Positions 35,029 to 47,826 of a stretch of DNA of 64,000 bases are shown here, one piece after another (within the stretch, counting starts at the first letter, position 1; every line of letters begins with the position of its first letter). Source of the stretch: Eledone cirrhosa (lineage: Eukaryota). The position numbers and the translations under genes were made by a program. The stretch is from positions 255,378,001 through 255,442,000 of the forward strand of contig OZ024740.1 of NCBI GenBank assembly GCA_964016885.1. The letters are read 5' to 3'. A model generated the notes under the pieces. The model was not told the DNA's origin and made no database searches. It saw nothing but the letters and a program-made list of their open reading frames with translations.

Positions 35029-36983
35029 CTTTAGCAAGAATGTTGAAGCTAAAGCATGCATTTCAAGTACAGAGTATCTTTTAAAATACATTTATCACGG
35101 GTTTTATTTTTCTCACGTTGCTCGATGCCAAAATCGTACTAACTTTAGAGGGATTTAAACAAATCTAAATCTAAAAAACCGCCTTAATTTAATTCTAGTG
35201 AAGGGAGAAAATTCATGGAAGCTAACCTTAGAATTTTGATATTGGGAGTAAGTAAGCAAATCAATTTTAAATAATTCACATTTACTACCTACAACGATTA
35301 AATAAGGGGCCACTATCACATACTCACAGATATATATAATCATGTTGGCAGGTTAGTGTCCCCATATATGTGCGCGCACAGACATCTACCCAATATATTC
35401 ACAGACCCATATAAGGGCATATTTTATTACATTCTTTCATTCATGTATATACTCATAGGTGCATATAAATTTCATAGTTGTATATGTATACATATCTCCC
35501 TAGATGCCTATATTAAGATGTAGACTAAGATTTATTCTCACCCATATATATATACACACATGGACACACACACACACAGATATACACATGTATATACACA
35601 CACATACTCCCCCCCCCCCATATATATATATATATATATTTAATTTGTGTTTGAGACACGTTGGCTGAGTGCTTTTGACGGGAACGAAAAGATTTATTTT
35701 CTATTCTCCCGCCGCCACGTAAAGTTTGTAAATCGGTGGCTGGTCGAAGGACAGAATTGTATCGGATTCCAGTTGCAAATCACTTTACTGTGTTGGCCGT
35801 CACAAACAGTCGTAGCCGGCATGGGCTGGGGTTTGGATTCTGTCGATTGGTTATTGATTAGGCGATACCCGCTGATGAAGCCACATACGCCGATTATGCA
35901 TTGTTGCATAATATATGCAGACAGAGGGTGCAGTGTACCCTACTGCTGCATTAAGTGTGGCCGAAACTCGAGTCCGGGAACTATTATAGGCACCTGTTTT
36001 ACGTGTGTTGTATTGAAGCGAATAACTATGTGTATACTCTGGGAATGTATCTTACATTGCCTATTGAGTACGCTGAGATACAACCGGTCCTGGCATTGAT
36101 AAATATGTTCGGTCCGCCAACTTCTTATTATATATATATACACATATATATTGACAATGGAATCCAACGTGCCCTAAAACTCAGTACCCAGGACCTTAGA
36201 CACCCTAAAGTAAATCAACCAAAACTAAAAGCTCTTCCATACATCTCCACACACAACCCCCTCAACAATGAGGCCTTTGACACCATCCTCCAGAACATCC
36301 CTGCATTGAAAAAGGACCATAGAATGAACCAAATTCTACGAACACACGATATCATAAAGAGCAAAAGACAATCCAAGTCAATGAAAAACATCTTAACACA
36401 TGCCAAAGTACTGCCAACCACAACAACGAAACCCGCAGTAAAAAAATGCGATAGACCCAACTGTGGCATTTGCATCAACCTAATAGGGGGTTCGGAATTC
36501 TATTTCAAAGATGGACACCGTTTTATAGTAAAACACAATTTCACATGTGCATCGGAAAATCTAATATATGTATTAACTTGTTCAGGTTGTCGAGAACAAT
36601 ACATAGGCCAGACCAAAACCAGCCTCCGCCAACGCATGACTGTCCATAGATCCCAAATTAAAATACGGGAATACAGGAAAATACCACTGAGTGAACACAT
36701 TGATACCTGTGCCGCCCAAAATCATCCCAACTTCAGAATCTTTCCCCTCTACAAATTTAAAGATAATGCCACCCACACCCAGCGCATCAGCAAGGAATCT
36801 TACTTCATTAACAAATACGAACCCCGTCTAAACACTTCTCTCTAAGACGAACCCACAACATATACACGTCAACATACATACCTACATCAGCACACATCTC
36901 TACCCACATATAAACACAATGACACACGTAAACACACATGCTCTATGGTGCAATACAAAAAAATATATGTGCATATATATGTA

Positions 36984-37020
<37 letters not shown>

Positions 37021-37417
37021 AATATATGTATGTGTATATATATATAGTGAATATCATTTCACACCTTTTATTGTTAAGATTGTTGATGTTCTATTAAGAG
37101 AACCGATTTTACTGAAAAAAATCGAATAATGTACACCATTTTACCAGGGGGGAAAAATACTGGTCCACCCACACACACACACACACACACACATTCTCAC
37201 ACACACACACACACACACACATATATACACAAACACATACACACGCGTACATCAACGTACAAAGAGACTTATACACACACACACACACGCACTTCTCCGT
37301 ATAAGACAAAAGCTGAAAAATATCTTTTGACATGCTAAAATACACCCCATTGCTTTCAGACACATTCTTACTGACCATCGAATTACTCTGCTATACACAC
37401 ACACACACACACACACG

Positions 37418-37486
<69 letters not shown>

Positions 37487-37579
37487 ACCTTAATAGCCAT
37501 TTGACACACATCGCTGCTGGCCATTGTCGCAGCATCGAACACCTTACTACTACTACTACACACACACACACACACACAC

Positions 37580-37618
<39 letters not shown>

Positions 37619-37941
37619 TACATACACACACACACACATATTTGTTGTGAAAGAGTCATTTCTCAATCTTGGCGCAAAACCAATTTTTTATCCACATGAC
37701 CTCTACCGACCAATCAAAATTGTTTTGACCAAGAATTTTTTCTGGAGCCACTTTTTTAACATAAAAACAGTCTTGGCGCAAAATCAACTTTTTACATTCA
37801 CATGACCTCTACCGACCAATCAAAATTGTTTTGACCACAAGCATTTTTGCAACACAAAAATAACGCTGGAGCCACTTTTTTAACATAAAAACAGGTAGAA
37901 TTCCCCAAACTAATCAGATCAGAGCAAACAGCACGGACACT
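35029..37941 (-). CDS. Candidate multi-exon gene fragment of unknown product; exons 37941-37813, 37542-37489, 37390-37293, 37111-37065, 35288-35227, possibly 35142-35117 and 35077-35029
   Basis: GT-AG bounded, phase-compatible exons read by hand give an open chain SVRAVCSDL...NFDWS|VFDAATMASSDVCQMAIK|QSNSMV...LSYTEN|KIGSLNRTSTILTIK|GSKCELFKIDLLTYSQYQNSK|LVRFWHRAT|YSVLEMHALASTFLLK. No family recognised; some acceptors are weak. Confidence 0.35.
35645..36125 (+). mobile_element. PLE pLTR-like segment with HHR
   Basis: Unique segment between (TA)n tracts carrying an intact HHR, directly upstream of the PLE EN fragment. Confidence 0.65.
35868..35978 (+). ncRNA. Intact hammerhead ribozyme with branched stem II (GUC cleavage site)
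   Basis: cccg-CTGATGA-a gccaca..[attatgca ttgt tgcataat][atgcag..agggtgca gt gtaccct..ctgcat]..tgtggc c-GAAA-ctcgag-TC-cggg; predicted cleavage after C35974. Confidence 0.9.
36150..36950 (+). mobile_element. Penelope-like element 3' part, open GIY-YIG frame to stop at 36845
   Basis: LPYISTHNP..KKCDRPNCGICINL..NFTCASENLIYVLTCSGCREQYIGQTKTSLRQRMTVH..KESYFINKYEPRLN. Confidence 0.92.
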
Positions 37942-38110
37942 CTATCTCAAAATTATTTTTGAAAAGCATTTAGAAATGCGCAACCGGTAAAAACTTAAAA
38001 ACTTAAAACCACAACTGAATACTAACCCATACAATCACTAATACTCTTTTATTCCTAATTAAACCATTTTTCAACTGTGAACAATTTGTCAGCATTTTCT
38101 ATTCCGTTTA

Positions 38111-38164
<54 letters not shown>

Positions 38165-38166
<2 letters not shown>

Positions 38167-39600
38167 CCCTACCCTAAGCAATGTGAATTCGTATCATATG
38201 TAAATTGACACTCCAACCATCCTAGGCCTATTATTAACTCAATCATTAAGAGCCTATCCCATAGAATCTCCAAGCTATTGGCTAATCAATATATATTCAA
38301 CACTACAGCGTGGTATTATAATGATGCGCTGTCTAGATCCTGAGATAGAAGTAAAATTACAAACATTTCCTTAATAATAAAACATAAAATAATAATAATA
38401 AAACATACAATTCCTTAATAATACGAATATCGTCACACACACTAGTAAATTTAGCAATAATTTTAATAAGAGTAATAAATGTCCAGGTAAACATATGAAA
38501 ACTAATAAGGCCGCAAAATATTATTAACTCATTGAAAGACCATGTACCTATACCTAATGATAATATTTAAAAACCCTAATATATACCCTATAAGTAATAT
38601 AAATAAATATGCTGTTTGCTCTCCACACCTAACACAAAGTTTCGCATACACATAAATAACAATCCTTAATATCAAGTAAAACCACCTAATCGCAACATTG
38701 ATAGGAGCAACCTAAACATGATAACAAATAACTACCTATCACAAATTCCCCAGAATAAGAAGAAGAATAGTTCCACTAGAAAAACTAATACACACAGACG
38801 AAACATTCATGGTTTAATCCACCATTCAGCCTCAATGTGGTCACTAATATATCTAAAATATTCCTTAATATTCTAGATAGTAATTTCCCACCTGATCACA
38901 AATAATAAAAAGTTTTATTAATAAAATTAATGAAAAGTTAAGTTATCTTTCTCTACCACCCCTAACTTGGCAGATTATATTGCATTCAGCAACTGCCATA
39001 AACTTTCCAAACATAAATCATCTACTAGCATCAATAATTCATTACAACATAATCCACCTAATACCAACTCAAATAACATAGGTAATACTTCAAATGTAAG
39101 TACACGAAACAGTCCTAGGGACACCAGGGTAAACACTTTAAATCCTCCAGTAAACACCACTCCTTCCTCTAACCTAGACTGGGATCCTAATAATTGTCCT
39201 CTTGGTGGATTATGCCTAACAACGTAGTATATAAATATGCCGTAAAAACGCCGCACTCTATTATTTCCTATATCGGTGCCACATCTAGTCCGTTTAAGAC
39301 CCACTATAATTCCCACTTATACTCGTTTAAATATAACAAGCTGAAGCACACTACTTCCCTAACACGGTAAATAACTAATCTACTTGAGTTCAAAACTGCC
39401 TATAAAATGCATTTGGAAATTCTAGGTATGTCTGTCTCATATAATGGCATAAGGTGTCTTGGCGTTTATGAGGCGTATTTTATCACAATGTCAATCCCAA
39501 AACCTATGAATACAAGAAATGAATTAGTAGTGAATTGTCCACACCACCTCTCTTATTATTTCTTTAATAAGAAATACGATCCCACTTAGTGGTCCTTATA
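38165..39600 (+). mobile_element. Highly decayed Penelope-like element (WFNPP-type, Naiad/Chlamys-like)
   Basis: ..WFNPPFSLNVVTNISKIFLNILDSNFP.. (38808), KLSFSTTPNL, CPLGGLCL..YIGATS..FKTHYNSH. Confidence 0.75.
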
Positions 39601-40455
39601 TCCCACATATCTTACTCTTTCATTTTCTGTTTTTAGTATTGACTGTATCCTTTCATTCTAGTAGTAATTTGGCGGGTAAGCATATTCGGAGATACATTTA
39701 TATGAGTGCATCATAGAATGTGTATTTGTGCCGCTTTCCATAAGTGAATGGGGTACGTACTTGAATGCTAGTGTTCGTGCGTCTCCGCATGTGTATGCAT
39801 ATGTTGAATGTATGCTTGTATGTGCCACTCTCCATAAAACAAGGTCCTCGTGAGTACCCTTATATGTAACACCTTCACTAGATTCTAAACCCTGGATATC
39901 TCTATAAGAGGGGTTTATATATACACATATATTAGCCCAGGGAATACAGTTGTGGCATATTTTCTCAGAGCGAAGTCTGCCCAACTTTACGTTCTCATAC
40001 TACAACCCATCAGAATGAATACCCTTCCCTCTAATCTGTATGATTCTTCAGCACATTGAACTTACCCTTATCAAATAGGAAGGAGTTCACTATAAGATAT
40101 ATTGTACATTATCATGAATCCGAATATGAACCTATGTACGCTGATAGTTTGCTAAACACTACCCTGTATGGGTGGACTTTTTGGGTGAAGGTATTCAAGT
40201 GTTTGTATAAATGTCTCTTAGTATACATGTAATTGTGTATATCGGTATAACACAATTTTCAAGAACATATATTCCTACAAATTAACCCTATTACGGACAC
40301 CACCACACAAAACAACATGTAGCATATATGAGACTATCTATAGTAATATATACTTAGATGTAGGCAAAAAATTTGGAAGGTATGAATCTATGGAAGCTTA
40401 GATGAATGTTTACTTACGTGTCTGTTGTATGACCAGCTGTGGAGACATAAGTGTG

Positions 40456-40489
<34 letters not shown>

Positions 40490-40537
40490 GTATAAAGAAA
40501 ACGAAAAATCAGTGATGCATCTGGACTTAATTTATTG

Positions 40538-40628
40538 CGTGTTACAATTGTTTCGCTGGCAGGTAGCTCGAGACATGGTCCCTGTATGGATCTGGCTGAT
40601 TCTACTTCTGCAGGTTCTTTCAGACACG
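40538..40628 (-). ncRNA. Hammerhead ribozyme, long stem II, 1-nt core insertion
   Basis: Minus strand: cgtgt-CTGAAAGA-acctgcag aa gtag...ctac ctgccagc-GAAA-caattg-TA-acacg; perfect 5-bp stem I; ACAATTGT palindrome. Confidence 0.7.
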
Positions 40629-41239
40629 GGTATTTCGTTTGGAGCAAATTTTATCACTGGGGTGTTATCATAAAAAAACATCCTAAAAAACCCCTACTTC
40701 CACTCTTGTCATGCCATTGGCTGTTTTTACTCCACGTCATCACAGGTTCTGGTCAGTATTTACTGCCACACGGGCCATCTGCCATTTTCCGTCCGACACA
40801 TTTCGATGGAGTCATGCTGGGTTCAGTATCTCACACGTCTGTTCACACTTCAGAGTAAGCACCCACACATACTAATATACACACACATATACACACACAT
40901 GCATACACAGACAGATTTATGCATACACACACGTACGTCTACATGCGCAGACACACACCTCCACATACATATATATATGTATATATACACACACACTCTC
41001 TCCCTCACTTCCACCGACCCAGTCACACCCACTTGTAGATACATATCGCCACAAGCCTTACAGCGGCTGCTTAATTCGCGCCATGTATCCGGTGGGATAA
41101 GCATGGCCTACTCAAACATACACATATATACATACATACGCCCAACCTTATATACATTTATATATATATATACACACTCATACATACACATATACATACA
41201 CACATACATACACATACATATACACACACATATGTATAT

Positions 41240-41471
41240 GTATATATATGTGTGTGTATGTACGTGGGTATGTAATTTTTGTGTACGTATGTGTATTTTG
41301 TATGTATGTGTGGGCATGTGTGAGTATATATATATATATGTGTATGTATGTATATATATGTATATACATATATATACATACATACACATATATATATATA
41401 TATACTCACACATGCCCACACATACATACAAAATACACATACGTACACAAAAATTACATACACACGTACAT

Positions 41472-41490
<19 letters not shown>
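41240..41490. repeat. ~250-bp spacer-less palindrome
   Basis: 41250-41330 (..TGTAATTTTTGTGTACGTATG..GGGCATGTGTGAG) is the reverse complement of 41400-41480; centre near 41363. Confidence 0.9.
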
Positions 41491-41508
<18 letters not shown>

Positions 41509-42283
41509 CACAAAAAAACAACAACCTAACATGCATACGCACAACCACATATATACATACATATACCTACGCATATGCCGACATATATATATCTACATAT
41601 GCATACGCACACGTGCTGCCACATGCATACACCTGCACATATGCATATTTGCCTATACACACATGTGCTTCCACATATACATGTATAAACAAAACCGTAA
41701 ATTAAAAGTTAAAAATACATTATACAATAAAAAACACAATATACCATAAAATAACGGTAAAATACCGTAACATAAAATATAAAATATAATATACAATATG
41801 ATATATATATATATCTCCCCATATATATATATATACATATACATACACACACACACATGTACACAGATTCATACATACATATACGGATATATACGGATAT
41901 ATACAAATGATATGTGATAAAGTAATACAACAAGAATAATAGTAATAATAAAAAGCATATATACTCCATATATAATCATCCGCACACATTCCTGTGAGAT
42001 GCACATAAACACATACATGTATGCACAAATACACATACACACATATAGAGGCCCACATATGCATACACCCGCACCCACACACACATATATATATATACAT
42101 ATACATATATATACACACTTACTCACCCACACACACACACCTACTCATACGTGGCTATACGTACATACGCACACATATATAGACATACATACATATATAT
42201 ATTCATATATACACACATATATATATATACACATACACACACATTCTGCCACATATGTACATACATGCACATGTCTGCACATA

Positions 42284-42757
42284 CACGCGCTTATAAGCTC
42301 ATGCACACACGCATCCATGCCCATATACACCCCCCCCCCGCACACACCCACATATATATATATATACACATCTACACACACACACATACATATACCTACG
42401 CACAGGTCCACACATAAAACACGCGAATATAAACACAATATGATAATAAAATAAAATAAATAAATAAATTTACAATATTTTAGGGTACATTCACGCGCTT
42501 ATAAGCTCATACACACACGCACCCATGACCATATACACACACCCGCACACACCCACGTATATATATATATATATATACACATCTACACCCCCGCACATAC
42601 CCACGTATATATATATATATATATATACACATCTACACACACACACACATACATATACCTACGCACAGGTCCACACATAAAAACACGCGAATATAAGCAC
42701 AATATGATAATAAAATAAAATAAATATATAAATTTACAATATTTTAGGGTACATTCA
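42284..42757. repeat. Tandem duplication (~210-260 bp units)
   Basis: CACGCGCTTATAAGCTCAT...TTTACAATATTTTAGGGTACATTCA occurs twice. Confidence 0.85.
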
Positions 42758-42759
42758 AA

Positions 42760-44165
42760 TCTGTATGTAACTGCATAAATAGGTACAAGAACAAAAGGGG
42801 TAAAATAAGAAAACGGGTAAAATAAAAAAAAACGGGAGGGAGGTACAGGAGAAGGTGCGTGTATCCATGTGATATACTACACACAGGTAGTATGAGGTGC
42901 AAACTTGTGTCCGTATATAGAACAGGTAACAGTAACAGAACAATAATGGAACAATAATGACAGTAATAATCATTGTTCCAAAGTGGAACAGGTGGAGAGT
43001 ATATAGTCACGATTGACGGGGTACACATTCAAGGGGACGCCCGTCCCGGTCGCCATGGGGCATGGCACCGTGGCTGGGGTGTGCTGTTCTATATGTTTAG
43101 GGCACAGGACCGGGCGGCACTGGGCCCCATGTTAGCCGGTCCCGGCCCATGCGACGTATCTTCCAATGTTGTGTGCTCGGTCAGGTGCGCCCCTGGATTA
43201 CATATGTTTGCCTCACGAGTAGCACACCGTCATCATGGCAAGGCGTCAGGTCCCCTAATCCCATTGGGCCAATCGGGTCTGTGAGTACCCGTTCCCATGC
43301 CCCCTGCCTGCGTCACCCGGAGGATTCCATGCTGCAAATGTGCATCTTCTCTGGTGTCTGAATGTCATGATAATTTCAAACTTCAGGTTGACGGCGTCAT
43401 ACTTCAGTCTGACTATCTCCATGGCTTCGTGTAGGCATAATCGGCACTTTCTACTTCCGGTCGAATATGCCCTCGCGTCGCGAACGATACTCCATTCCAG
43501 GGCGTATGGAGTGCCGTGGTCATTCATGTCCCACACCAGGTCCGCTAACCTAGTGGAGTGATTTTTGCTACGGTCCCTGAAGGAATTCGTGTGATTATAC
43601 ATCCGCAATTTAAAGGTCGTGGATGTTGCGTCGATGTAGGTGCGATGCGCGTTTTGGGTTGTAACCACACACTTATATATTAAGTCTTTCATCAAGCATT
43701 TTCCAAGAGTGCCTGCTCTACAGTTACAAGTTCTGCTGTCAGTTCTTGTGCATCCGATGTCCGGGCCTCGATCTGTTATGGCCCTCTCAAGGTTCTCAGG
43801 GTGTTGTACCGCCGACACTGTTGTCTCCCCCATGCCACTATTTCCCTCTCGGTGTTGGACCATATCACTCTCCGCGGGCGCTCTGGTCGCCTCGGGGGCC
43901 GGGTTGTCATTTGAGGGCAGGTCCCTGGGTGGTTGAGTTTTTTGTTGTTTGTGGAGACGATGTTTTGTGCGAAGTTGGGTGTGGTGCTGTAGGATAGCTT
44001 GATAGTGTTTTTGTTGATTATGTTGTGGTAGCGGTGTTGTGGTGGAAAGTGTTTTTAGAGGAGCCTAAAGAAGATTTTCCCGATAGGTGTTGCCACCTCG
44101 ACATTGTGGGGAGGATTGAATCACGTTACGTGGCGTGAACAGCGGTGTCGCCTGCTGGGTCCGCT
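42760..44165 (-). mobile_element. Penelope-like element 3' part (Naiad/Chlamys-like GIY-YIG)
   Basis: RHVT*FNPPHN..IGKIFF..HFP, IKLSYSTTPN, CNCR..GKCL..DLIYKC..TYIDATSTTFKLRMYNHTNSF..LEWSIV..KCRLCLHE. Confidence 0.9.
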
Positions 44166-44309
44166 AAGGGAAGCTATATATATATTATATATTCATACAC
44201 ACACACGTATATATATATATATATGAATGTATGTATAGTATATTTGGCAATACTGGAATACTATAAGAATCCAGCTTCTATAATTTTCGGTGGAAGCAGG
44301 GGAGTCCGT

Positions 44310-44351
44310 GGCTCTAATGAACGCCAACCAGCGTGAAACAGACTGTCAGCT
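44310..44351 (+). ncRNA. Degenerate hammerhead (core CTAATGA, G5->A)
   Basis: ggct-CTAATGA-acgc caacca gcgt-GAAA-cagactg-TC-agct; all stems intact, catalytic core mutated. Confidence 0.6.
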
Positions 44352-44516
44352 TCCCTCCCTTCTTTCGCCGAAAAGAAGTAAGTGACATAGTCACTACTTT
44401 AAAACTGATAGCGTATGGTCTTCTAAATGTTTTTAATTAAACATACGGTATATAGCCAAATATACTATACATACATTCATGTACACATCGCTATTTCAGA
44501 GCACCAATCCTAATAC

Positions 44517-44564
<48 letters not shown>

Positions 44565-45118
44565 TATATACACTAATTTTAGGTTTAATCAATACATATA
44601 AAAATGTTTATCAATAAAGTTTCTCAGTATAAACTTCAGCTCCGAGCATCAATCATAACAGGATATATCAATTGAGAAACAGGTAATATTCTGTGCATAT
44701 ATACAGAACAAATAAATATACATACTTATAGATGGTATAATGGCTTACAGTTCCATTGACAGCTGAATCCAGAAACGAAAAAATAATGCAAATCTAATTT
44801 GTCTAAATTAGTTTGAGTTGTCTAAACGGGACAATTTGTCTAAATTAGTTTGAGTTGTCTAAACGGGACTTGCTTCGAGCTCTTTCTAGTATTCTAGTTT
44901 GTTCTATGAAATCCGCCCTCCAGTTATTTAAACACCATGTGGAGAAGTGGAGAACCTTTTCAAAAGTTCTTCCTTGGGCAAATGACTAGAATGTAAGTGA
45001 AGTGTGAGATATATATATAGCCAAGACTGAACCATACCGAGGAAAGGAATCAAAATCTTGGGATTTTTATAAAAATTCGTATCCTTATACGTATCTCACT
45101 AAATACTGCTGACCTATC

Positions 45119-45232
<114 letters not shown>

Positions 45233-45600
45233 CGTTACATATTTCTAAACCACAATGAGGAGATAGATGTGATCCCTACATACCGCTGGCACTAAGATAA
45301 GGACCATAAGCCGACATATCTTGAAATTTTGGATTAAAGAGTTAGCTAAAACTATGACGTCATCATGACTATCAAAATTCTCTTCTTCTTGCTGATTCCC
45401 TCGCTACGTCTCTCTTTATCTATCTGCCTATCTCTGTGTTTCTCTGTTTGTCTGTCTGACTGTCTCGCTCTCCCCCTTTCCCTCTTTCTGATCTACACTG
45501 TCTTTCTATCTAACAGACTCTCTAGCGTGACTCTCCCTCTCACTTTCGCCCTTTTTCTATATTGTATATATAAACACACACACACACACACATATATATG

Positions 45601-45645
<45 letters not shown>

Positions 45646-46281
45646 TTTATTAATATATATATATATATATTTATATATATATGTGTGTGTGTGTGCGAGT
45701 ATATATATACACATGTGTATATGTATATACATGTATATAAAAGCACACACACGCGCACACACACACACAGACACACACACAGTTACACACACAGACCCCC
45801 CCCCACACACACACACAGATATATATATATATATATATATATACAAATATGGCAACAGTTCGGCAGCCATATTTCGTGCTAACCATTTCCCAGTCGTTGA
45901 TAAAATAATAAATTCTAAAGATTTTCTTTGAGTGAATCTACAGAATAGAGTTATGATTTCCTGTCGCATTCCAGAACAACGAAGATGGGCATGGGTGGAT
46001 AGGAGGGACTTGATGGGGAGGGGGGGGGACTCGATGGGTTGGATTAAAGTAAAAATACGTCCCACAATAGACAACGTAAGGAAGAAGGGAAAACAGACAA
46101 TCTATCACGTATACACGTGCGTGTACACGAACATGGATATATACAAACATACACACATAACACCATGTAACCCACATACTTATTCACAATTGTACATGCA
46201 CACAGACAATCATGCATCCATCCATCCAAATATATATATATAAACCTAAGTGTACGTGTATGTATACATGTACGTATGTTT

Positions 46282-46316
<35 letters not shown>

Positions 46317-46888
46317 TATATATACACATATCTCTCTATATATAAATGTGTGTGTGAGTTTACATGTATATGTGTGTGTGTGGAGCTGGAGTGAGTCCAA
46401 ATTTTAAGGCATTTGCAACATCGTCCAAGCCAGGGTAGCCATTAATAATATGTTGAGTAGCTGTGTGTCTTGTGCTTGTTGGTTCCATATATCTTAGGAA
46501 ATCTTAAAATTATGACTCTCCATAATTGTTATCAGGATTTTCAGAGAATCAGGCCATAAATTTTACTTCCCTTATCTGCACCAAAATTTCTCTATATATA
46601 CTACCCGATTACGGCGTATTTCTGTATGAATATATATGTATATGTATATATGTACACACACACACACACACGCACACACACACATATATATATATACACA
46701 TATATATGCACGCGCACATATAGATATGTTCCCATATATTTTATATATATTATATCATATTATATATAATTTAATATAAAATTAATATATATAGTACATG
46801 ATATTTAATATACACATATATACATTTTTACTTGTTACACATTTTTGTCTATTTGTGTATATATAGATGATATTATGTTAATATATGT

Positions 46889-47268
46889 TAGGGCGGTGAA
46901 TTGGCAGTATCGGTAGAGGGTTGGACGCCATGCTTTCTAGCATAGTTGCGTCCCTTTACAGTCTGAGTTCAAATCCCGCCGAGGTTAACTTTGCCTTTCA
47001 TCCTTACGGGGTCGATAAAATAAAGTACCAGTAATGTACTGGATAATTGCTGGCCTTGTGCCTAAAGTAGAAACAAATATATGTATGGTGGACTGGCAGT
47101 ATCGGTAGAGGGTCGGGCGCCATGCTTTGACGCACAGAGTTAGAACCCTTGCCCTTCTGTGTTCTAATCCTGCCGAGGTCAACTTTGCCTTTCATCCTTA
47201 CGGGGTCGATAAAATAAAGTACCAGTAATGCACTGATATTTGCTGGCCTTGTGCCAAAAGTAGAAACA
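46889..47268 (+). mobile_element. Dimeric (ATT)-family SINE with a single 17-bp TSD
   Basis: Two SINE units (46889-47077 and ~47086-47268) flanked by ATTATGTTAATATATGT at 46872-46888 and 47269-47285. Confidence 0.9.
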
Positions 47269-47826
47269 ATTATGTTAATATATGTATTTAGTCGTATATA
47301 TATATATATATTATATATATATATTTGTAAATATTTGTTTGTATTTATAATTTTTTATATGCATGTATGTTTGCATGAATCAAATAGGCCCGCTTGTCGG
47401 TGATAGAAAAAAAATACATGTGTTTGTTTGCGTGTGTACATGTCAGTGTTTGCCCGTGTCCTCTCCATGTGTGAACATATATTTATGAATGTATACATGT
47501 GTGTACTTAAATATATGCTAATATGTATAAAATTCATGTATTTTGTGACAATATTGTGATTCTGAAGACACCAATCTTAAGATTATATATATTTGGGAAA
47601 TCATAAATTTGTTTTATGCATTTCTATATAATCGCGCAACTCCGAATATAATCTCACGCAGAATATTGTCACATATAACCTTGTCACACTATATGATTTT
47701 CGTATAATAAATGACTAAGTTTCAAAAATAACCTACTGCTGAACGGGACAGTACAGTAACAGAGCAAAAGAATGGACAGTACAGAAACGAATTGATTCGG
47801 AGGAGATCTCTGTTGTTTTGTCCTGT

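Noticed and set aside
44110-44135. In-frame TGA in the Naiad-like PLE as selenocysteine
   Set aside because: It replaces the conserved Trp of WFNPP (TGG->TGA) in a copy with other stops, and no SECIS was identified.
47558-47610. Possible plus-strand hammerhead (CTGAAGA..GAAAtcaTA)
   Set aside because: Stems are weak and AT-rich; compatible with chance.
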